From contig CAYULU010000004.1 in the NCBI GenBank assembly GCA_964445745.1, positions 3,445 to 66,162 on the forward strand: a stretch of 62,718 nt of DNA. The letters run 5' to 3'. The notes below the pieces were generated by a model. It searched no databases, was not told the DNA's origin, and saw only the letters and a program-made list of their open reading frames with translations. The position numbers and the translations under genes are program-made. Below are positions 56,211 through 62,718 of the stretch, in pieces (position 1 is the first letter of the stretch; each line of letters begins with the position of its first letter). This stretch comes from an uncultured bacterium. GTDB lineage: Bacteria > Omnitrophota > Omnitrophia > Omnitrophales > Aquincolibacteriaceae.

Positions 56211-57547
56211 ACATCGCGGCTCCGGGCCTCTGAAGTCTCCGGAATCGAAACTACTTTTGCGAGGATCGCCAATTTCGTCTGCAACTGATTGCGCAACATT
56301 TCCGGACCTCGAATGGTACTTAAAACGCGAAATGCCTCCTTGTATTTCCCTTCACGGGCAAAAGTCATCCCCTCCCGGTAAATTGCAACCGCTTTATTGT
56401 ATGACTCATCCGAAAGATCCATCAGAATATCCTTTTTTTGAGCAAGATCTTCCCGGACATGCAAAAGATCAGTCGTTGACGAAACTCCCGGGGTCGAAAG
56501 CGCGGCAAGGCTTCGCTGGATATCCTGATCAATCATCCCGACCGCTGAAGGGTACGGTGGCAGAGCGGGCCGCTCCTGTGCAAGATTCTGAATCTGAGTC
56601 GCGACAAGCTGAAGCTGATCCAGTTTGAGAATGGCCTCCTCCCACCGTCCTTCCTGGATCGACGCAAGAAGCGATCCGTATTCCGCCGCAATCTCTTTTT
56701 CTTTCTGCCGTCTATCTTGATCGTTAATCATTTGATTCAAAGCACCGATCTTGGAAAGTGTATCCGCAATAAAAGGCTTCAGCATCGTAAGCGCCACGCC
56801 GCGATGTTTCTGAATATTGGTTGAATAAAGCGGGAAGAGAAGCGATTCAATAAAAAGATCACGGGCGGCGAGAAGATCTCCCTTGGCAAATGCCTCCACC
56901 CCGGCAAGGTATTTATTTTCAAAAAGTCCGGTCAGTTTCTTTTTATAACTTCGGGAAAGCGTGATTTTATAAAACTGTTCCTGTTCCGCAATCATTTGTT
57001 CATATTGCGAAAGGGACCATGCCGGAGACGGAAGCTGATCGGACCACCCGGTTTTAAATTTAACCTCCCTGACAAGGATAATTTTCTCAGTTTCACTAGC
57101 AACGGCCCTTTCAGATAATGGGGCTTCACGTAGTAACAGCTCTCTCTCCTGAGACGACAACTCAGACACTACAATTTCAGAAACTGATCTCTTTGCTTTT
57201 GGGGTCTCCCCTTTTTCTCCCTGAATCGAAAAAAAAGCTCCAGCCTTTTTCTGATTCTGGTTCCATTGACCATAGCCCAGATATCCGAGATAGCCCACAG
57301 ATCCTGCCAACACAAGTGCAAACAAAACCTTAAATGCAAAATAAAGTGAGTTGTAAATTCCAATCCTCGTCCCACCCCCAGACGTTTGGGACAATCGCTT
57401 CTTTTCGATGGCTAGCTCATCTTCCCTTTTGACGGAGGATGACCAGAAACAAAACGGGCACTCCTTCACCTCTGGAGTGGGAACTTCAAAAGATTTGCCG
57501 CAATGGCTACAAACAAAACGATAATTTCCCATGGCAGAATTATACAC
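56207..57547 (-). CDS. Hypothetical Zn-ribbon + single-TM + helical/TPR-like protein
   Basis: CSHC-x13-CPFC, a TM helix (VLFALVLAGSVGYLGYLGY), and alpha-helical repeats (YLAGVEAFAKGDLLAARDLF; YREGMTFAREGKYKEAF). Confidence 0.75.
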   Translation of the reverse strand: MYNSAMGNYRFVCSHCGKSFEVPTPEVKECPFCFWSSSVKREDELAIEKKRLSQTSGGGTRIGIYNSLYFAFKVLFALVLAGSVGYLGYLGYGQWNQNQKKAGAFFSIQGEKGETPKAKRSVSEIVVSELSSQERELLLREAPLSERAVASETEKIILVREVKFKTGWSDQLPSPAWSLSQYEQMIAEQEQFYKITLSRSYKKKLTGLFENKYLAGVEAFAKGDLLAARDLFIESLLFPLYSTNIQKHRGVALTMLKPFIADTLSKIGALNQMINDQDRRQKEKEIAAEYGSLLASIQEGRWEEAILKLDQLQLVATQIQNLAQERPALPPYPSAVGMIDQDIQRSLAALSTPGVSSTTDLLHVREDLAQKKDILMDLSDESYNKAVAIYREGMTFAREGKYKEAFRVLSTIRGPEMLRNQLQTKLAILAKVVSIPETSEARSRDV

Positions 57548-57689
57548 GAACCGTTTTTTTATGCCAGCGATCCTGTCGGAGGAAAATCACTTTTTTATAT
57601 TGGAATTTGAAAAACCTGGCTCAGGGCAGAGCATCCATATTTTTTCAGAAGCTAAGAACTGACACGATCCAGAACGGATAGATTCGAAA

Positions 57690-59855
57690 TCAAGATTGCG
57701 GTTGACTGGAGGATACCTTTTCAGCCGTCTGCTCGAGGACTCGTGTAACATCATCCACCGGCAGTGGTTTACTGAACAAAAACCCCTGGAGAATGTCACA
57801 ACCCTGCATTTTTAAAATCTCCAGTTGAGGTTCTTCTTCCACCCCTTCCGCCACCACCTCAAGCTTCAAGCTGTGCGCCATCGAAATAATAGCTTGCGTG
57901 ATGGCCCGATCATCTGACTCAGTGACAATATTATTCACAAAGGATTTATCAATCTTGAGCATGTCGATCGGAAAAGTTTTGAGGTACATGAGAGAAGAAT
58001 ACCCGGTTCCAAAATCATCAATGGTAATATGACATCCCATTTCCTTAAGCCGTCGCAGGGTTTCCGTTGTATCCTCGAGGCGTTCCATGATCGTACTCTC
58101 CGTAATCTCCAGATCCAGCGACCTGGGATCAATCCCCGTTTCTCGAAGAACGCCCATGACCATGTCAACCATGTTCGCATAATGAAACTGCCGGGCCGAA
58201 AGATTGACGGATACCCGCAGTTGGCGAAATCCCGATTTCTGCCAAATACTTTTCTGCTCACATGCCGTCCGAAGAATCCACTCTCCGATCGGATGAATAA
58301 GACCCGTCTCCTCAGCTATCGGAATAAATTCAAGAGGCGGTATCGACCCGAGATCCGGATGCTGCCATCGAACCAAAGCCTCCACCCCGCTTACCTTCCC
58401 GGTTCGGAGATCCAGTTGCGGCTGATAATGAAGCCTGAATTCATCCTTCTCGAGGGCTCGGCGCAAGCTGTTCTCGAGAACCATTTTTTCAAAACTGTTG
58501 TTAGCGATCGAAGAAGAATAGAGCTGATAACGGTCTTTGCCGCGATCCTTGGCCAGATGCATGGCCGCATCCGCATTTTTAATCAAAGACTGGGGATCTT
58601 CTCCGTCCTGCGGGAAAAGAGCAATCCCCACACTACAAGTCGTAAAAAGATCATGTTCCTGAACGCGAAATGGCGATTTGAAAGCCGTCAGAAGCTTGTT
58701 GGCCACGTTCTCGGCGTGCTCGGACTTTGCAACCTTGGGAAGCAGAAACATAAAGCTTCCGCCACCGATCCTCGAAATCGTATCTGATTCGTACATGATT
58801 TTCTGAAGACGCACCGATACCGCCTTGATCAGCTGGTCACCAATGCCATGCCCGAGGGTATCATTGATTCGCTTAAAATGGTCAAGGTCAACAATCAGTA
58901 CCGCTCCCGATTCTTTCTTCCGTTTGACTTCCTTAATCGATTGATCCAGACGGTCCATAAAAAGTTCGCGGTTGGGAAGTCCCGTTAAGGCATCATAATA
59001 GACCAGTTGATGGAACCTTTCTTTTTCTTTGGTGCGTTCCGTAACATCAAACATCACCCCGTCCACATGGGTTACCTTGCCCCCTTCGCCAAGAATGCCG
59101 CGCCCCTGTTCGTGGATCCACCGAAAATCCTTTTCCGATTTAAAAATCCGGTAATCCACACTAAACGCCGAGGCAGACTGGACAGAACGGTTAAAAGCTT
59201 CCCTCACCATTTCGCGATCTTGCGGCAAGATTAAGTCAAAATATTTCTGGATGCTCTGTCCCACAAGCTCCTTGTCCCGCACCCCCGCGATATCATAAAT
59301 CACAGCACTGATAAATTCGACGTCCCAGGTCCCGGATGCATTAAGACTGTACCGATAAACCGCGCCGGGGATGTTGGAAACGAGACTTTTAAACCGCTCT
59401 TCCTTGTCAACAAGCGTACGCTGAGACTCCCGATTTTCCTGATAATATTTCTGGATCTCACGCTGGGACTCGTGGCGTTCCAGTGCATAAAGGATGCTCT
59501 TATTGAGAAGCTCCCTGTCAAAACTTCCCTTCACAAGATAATCTTGAGCTCCCAGGCTAATCGCTTTTGCTGCAAGCTCCGAATCATCAACTCCGGTAAG
59601 AATGATAACGGGCACAAGAGGAACCGCTTTACGAACAGCGGCTACCGTATTTAACCCGGAACTATCAGGAAGCGTAAGATCGAGAAGAACAAGTTGAATA
59701 TCCGACTGATTCAGCCGTTCAAGACCCGACTGAAGCATTTTAGCGCGAACAACTTCAAATGCCGGTTCACGGCATTGACTGAGCCGCTCGTTCAAAAGGA
59801 CAAAATAATTTGGATCGTCCTCAATCACCAATATCCGTACCACTTTATTCTGCAT
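57690..59855 (-). CDS. REC-PAS-GGDEF(degenerate)-EAL c-di-GMP phosphodiesterase
   Basis: REC (IEDD, LLDLTLPD), PAS, YYDALTGLPNR, GGGSF in place of GGDEF, intact EAL, DDFGTGYSSL, KID and EGVE. Confidence 0.95.
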   Translation of the reverse strand: MQNKVVRILVIEDDPNYFVLLNERLSQCREPAFEVVRAKMLQSGLERLNQSDIQLVLLDLTLPDSSGLNTVAAVRKAVPLVPVIILTGVDDSELAAKAISLGAQDYLVKGSFDRELLNKSILYALERHESQREIQKYYQENRESQRTLVDKEERFKSLVSNIPGAVYRYSLNASGTWDVEFISAVIYDIAGVRDKELVGQSIQKYFDLILPQDREMVREAFNRSVQSASAFSVDYRIFKSEKDFRWIHEQGRGILGEGGKVTHVDGVMFDVTERTKEKERFHQLVYYDALTGLPNRELFMDRLDQSIKEVKRKKESGAVLIVDLDHFKRINDTLGHGIGDQLIKAVSVRLQKIMYESDTISRIGGGSFMFLLPKVAKSEHAENVANKLLTAFKSPFRVQEHDLFTTCSVGIALFPQDGEDPQSLIKNADAAMHLAKDRGKDRYQLYSSSIANNSFEKMVLENSLRRALEKDEFRLHYQPQLDLRTGKVSGVEALVRWQHPDLGSIPPLEFIPIAEETGLIHPIGEWILRTACEQKSIWQKSGFRQLRVSVNLSARQFHYANMVDMVMGVLRETGIDPRSLDLEITESTIMERLEDTTETLRRLKEMGCHITIDDFGTGYSSLMYLKTFPIDMLKIDKSFVNNIVTESDDRAITQAIISMAHSLKLEVVAEGVEEEPQLEILKMQGCDILQGFLFSKPLPVDDVTRVLEQTAEKVSSSQPQS

Positions 59856-60258
59856 CAGCGCCTCTCATCCTGCAAAACACATCCATCGCGGTAAGCATTC
59901 GGTCCCTCAACTGATCCCGGTCAAAGCTCCCCTTTACAATGTAGTCCTGCGCACCCAGACCAATAGCCCGGGTCGAAAGGGCCGGGTCATCAACACCAGT
60001 CAGAATAACAACCGGTATGAGAGATGACGATTTTCGAACAGTAATCAGGGTATTTAATCCAGCGCTATCCGGTAACGTCAGATCCAGAAGGACAAGCTCA
60101 ACATCACCTGACCTGAGGCGATCGAGCCCAGATTGGAGCATTCTCGCACGGCTGATTGCAAAAGAGGGGCTTTGGAACTGCATTAACATCTCACTCAAAA
60201 AAACAAAGTAATTGGCATCATCCTCAATCACTAAAACCTTAATTGCTCTGTTTGGCAT
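59845..60258 (-). CDS. Single-domain response regulator, paralog of the REC domain of the next gene
   Basis: IEDD, LVLLDLTLPDS.GLNT, ILTGVDD, LGAQDY.VKGSFDR shared with 57690-59855. Confidence 0.92.
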   Translation of the reverse strand: MPNRAIKVLVIEDDANYFVFLSEMLMQFQSPSFAISRARMLQSGLDRLRSGDVELVLLDLTLPDSAGLNTLITVRKSSSLIPVVILTGVDDPALSTRAIGLGAQDYIVKGSFDRDQLRDRMLTAMDVFCRMRGADAE

Positions 60259-60537
60259 AGGCGCCTTTCTTTATAAAAAACATAGCAATTTTAATCTTTT
60301 AAATTAAAGACGAACTCACTATCGAAATACTAACACGATTTAACAAGTAATCAATGGCGCCAACTAAAATTTGATTGATAAAGTTAAATTATTAACTAAT
60401 TGCTATAATTTGATATTTATTACTATTTAATTTATACAAGTACACTTCTATACTATTATTTATTTTCTTTAGCTACCTTTTATTTTTAAATACTATGTGC
60501 TACATTAACTGTATAGAGATAAACGGGCTAAAACCAA

Positions 60538-61476
60538 ATGAATATACTCAATACAACTCATAGGCTTTTATTTTTAACGGTAATCGCAATCATGATCGCT
60601 GTCTATAGTTTGCAACCCGGCACAGCTTACGGAAGCGATCCCTCCTCCGGTCAACCCGTAAATCTGTCCCCCAAAGCTCCCGCCGTCCCAGTTGTTCAAG
60701 ATTCAGATGTAGCACCAGTCAGAACACTCCAGACACCCAACACTTCATCCACCGATTTTTTAATATCGTCACCGTTAAGAGTCTCTGTTGCTGGGACCAC
60801 AGCTGATTCACCTGAACCGGTATCGGGAATTGCCGATCATCCCTTGGGCTTGAATGTTAATGCGGTCCCAAAAGATTCTCTCACCCTGATGGTTTCTGAA
60901 ACCTGTCAACCGATGGATGATGGAGGTTCAGCATCCCTTGCATGTCACCGCGTTTACTCAAGCGGCCATTACACAAAGGTGATCACACAAAGTGCAAGCA
61001 TGGGAGATGAATATAAACAACAATCGATTATCGAAGAATTCAACTCCGACGGTCACTTAATTTCAAGAAAAACTGTCCGGAACCGAATTGACTATAATTA
61101 CGTCGAAGAAGACAAGAGGAAAGAACGTGAACTCATCGATATCATCTACGAACCGGTCGGAGAAAAAATCACGCGAGAACTTACCATCTACCAATATCAT
61201 TTAGATTCCGGAAAAACAAAATCAATGACCTGGGCACAGTACGAACAGATCGGTCAATCATCGGATGCCGCCCTTGTCCATCATGTTGCACTTTATTATG
61301 ACCCCACGGGAAATCCGGACCGGGGCCTGGTGGAAAAACGGGATCACGGGAAAAAGGTTGCAAACTATCTCGACTGGAATTCACCTCGACAAGGTTCGTT
61401 GGAATACAACCGTAGTACCTGGCACGATTGGGAATCCTGGATCAAGAGCATTACCCTACAAGCATATCTCGGCTGA
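60538..61476 (+). CDS. Hypothetical secreted protein (312 aa)
   Basis: Signal-peptide-like N-terminus, P/S/T-rich linker, beta-rich C-terminal domain; AT-rich upstream region. Confidence 0.75.
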   Translation: MNILNTTHRLLFLTVIAIMIAVYSLQPGTAYGSDPSSGQPVNLSPKAPAVPVVQDSDVAPVRTLQTPNTSSTDFLISSPLRVSVAGTTADSPEPVSGIADHPLGLNVNAVPKDSLTLMVSETCQPMDDGGSASLACHRVYSSGHYTKVITQSASMGDEYKQQSIIEEFNSDGHLISRKTVRNRIDYNYVEEDKRKERELIDIIYEPVGEKITRELTIYQYHLDSGKTKSMTWAQYEQIGQSSDAALVHHVALYYDPTGNPDRGLVEKRDHGKKVANYLDWNSPRQGSLEYNRSTWHDWESWIKSITLQAYLG

Positions 61477-61517
61477 GAAGACCTCTTGAGCCAGACATCA
61501 GAACATAGGGCAACTAC

Positions 61518-61599
61518 TAGAGGCGGTTTCACAAGTATTTCCAACCCGTTGTTTCTCAAGGGGTTGAAAAATGCAAAAGGGACTTACGAAACCGCTTCT
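61518..61599. mobile_element. MITE-like palindromic element (family C, copy 2)
   Basis: Near-identical to 72-153, same orientation. Confidence 0.75.
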
Positions 61600-61825
61600 C
61601 GTGGTAGACCCGTGGAGGCAATCTTCACCCTGAACAAAATGGAGTTTATCAAGCCGTGGACTCACGGATGCAGGAATTCCCAACACTACAAACTCGGACC
61701 GAAGTTTTATCCAGTTATCCAACCTCAAGAGCCTGTGCTTAAATTTGAATTTCAAACTACTTCGGAGCTTTCTTGCCCCGTTCATGGGTGATGACCCCAA
61801 ATCTCTCGCCCACCTCAATAAACTC

Positions 61826-61857
61826 AAAAAGCCCGGAGAAACATCGCCAGGCTTTTT
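61826..61857 (-). terminator. Rho-independent terminator downstream of the tRNA-Pro 3' fragment
   Basis: AAAAAGCCCGG ... CCAGGCTTTTT, with A/T tracts on both sides. Confidence 0.7.
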
Positions 61858-61907
61858 AAACCTTGATCCTCGACCAATAATTTCTCCAATTAAACAGGTT
61901 AAAATTA

Positions 61908-61957
61908 TCGGGGCGAGAGGATTTGAACCTCCGACCGCACGCACCCCAAGCGTGTGC
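61908..61957 (-). pseudogene. tRNA-Pro(GGG) 3' fragment, probable att junction
   Basis: Reverse complement GCACACGC-TTGGGGT-GCGTGCGGTCGGAGGTTCAAATCCTCTCGCCCCGA; the D-arm and 5' acceptor strand are absent. Confidence 0.85.
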
Positions 61958-62081
61958 CTGACCCGGTTTCTTGTCGTTCCATTCCAGAAAAAATATTTTT
62001 CTAAGCTCTTCGGAATCGTAATGTTACGGCGTATTGTCCCAAATAATCGGAAGGCTTTCAAGAATTTCAATTCGGACATTC

Positions 62082-62103
62082 TGGGTACCACTTTGGGTAC
62101 CAC
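62082..62103. repeat. Direct repeat TGGGTACCAC x2, possible integrase arm-type sites
   Basis: 10-bp repeat with 12-bp period, about 125 bp inside the att junction. Confidence 0.45.
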
Positions 62104-62171
62104 CTCGAATGAATTGGCGGGCATTAATCAAAAACGATTTTAATCCCTCATTTAATCCCGCACTTCATCCC

Positions 62172-62669
62172 TCATTTTTCATACGGGCTGTACTCCTGTT
62201 CGCAAATGATGCCTTTCGCCCTCGTGAAACGAAGTTGCTGAAACCCACGGAAGTGACTGAGCTTATTTTTGGCATAATCCATGATAAGAACCGGATTTTC
62301 TTCGGTCTTGAACTTCGCCAGGTCCTGAGCATAGAGCAGAAGGACTAGGTTTGCGTTATAGCCGAGTTTTCCTGTTTCCATAAGGTCATTAATATCCGGC
62401 TTTCTTTCGGCACCCTGCCGTTTCCTGAGTTCGCCTGACGTAAGGATGGGGATTTTATAAGTGTCAGCAAGAGCCTTCACCTGGTTGGCGCGGTCGATAT
62501 TCATCTCCCGGATGCCATTGAGACCTTGACCGATTCCAAGGTTGTAAAGGCCGTCAACAAAGACAACGAGCTTTTGACCGGCCCGGTGTTTGATTTCATC
62601 TTCCAGGTGTTCAACGCATCGAATCCCGGCGATATCTTTGATTTCTAATCTTCTGGCCTTATGGTGAGC
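62172..62669 (-). pseudogene. 5'-truncated DnaB-like helicase C-terminal fragment
   Basis: Manual translation upstream of ATG 62504 gives KLVVFVDGLYNL (Walker B-like), then VKALADTYKIPILTSGELRK..KPDINDLMETGKLGYNANLVLLLY. In-frame stop at 62670-62672 and no Walker A. Confidence 0.7.
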
Positions 62670-62718
62670 TTACCCCCTTTTTACTACCACTCTGAATTAG
62701 AGTTTTAAGGGGTTTGGG
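62665..62718 (+). mobile_element. Possible IS3-family terminal inverted repeat
   Basis: TGAGCTTACCCCC begins where the helicase frame breaks and resembles IS3-type ends (TGATCTTACCC, recalled from memory). The rest lies outside the window. Confidence 0.35.

Noticed and set aside
72-61599. The two family C repeats as ends of a 61-kb island
   Set aside because: The enclosed DNA is mostly core housekeeping genes, so independent MITE insertions are simpler.
61498-62124. 208-aa minus-strand ORF
   Set aside because: It reads through the tRNA-Pro fragment, the terminator and the MITE, a typical spurious ORF.
1-62718. CRISPR array or rRNA
   Set aside because: No regularly spaced 23-47 bp repeats with unique spacers, no cas genes and no rRNA signature sequences were noticed.

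Overview
A 62.7-kb bacterial chromosomal window of roughly balanced GC, with most genes on the minus strand. It comes from a diderm anaerobe: lpxA, an LptF/G permease, a complete group A3 [FeFe]-hydrogenase with maturases, ppdK, pyk and glgC. A PVC-superphylum lineage such as Ca. Omnitrophota is plausible, but this is inference only. Housekeeping blocks: xseA-xseB-ispA-dxs..nadK, apt, a sigma-70 factor, ppdK, glyQS, rpsB-tsf-pyrH-frr, rpsA-fabF-lpxA, and metF/aspA. RNA genes: tRNA-Arg(CCT), tRNA-Lys(TTT) and a 3' fragment of tRNA-Pro(GGG). An accessory region at 15.8-21.4 kb, beside tRNA-Lys, holds gene modules bracketed by three co-oriented ~115-165 bp palindromic elements, plus an att-bounded HTH-Fic mini-island with its own operator pair. 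Other notable loci are a signal-peptide NiSOD, a sigma factor with a strongly basic N-terminal tail, a candidate branched-sugar cluster, a Rex-headed hydrogenase operon whose HydB N-terminal domain has no cysteines, several c-di-GMP-related proteins (one set apparently co-transcribed with glgC), and the edge of a decayed element integrated at tRNA-Pro. No rRNA, CRISPR array or intact integrase/transposase was seen. All annotation is by eye from motifs; no database searches were run.
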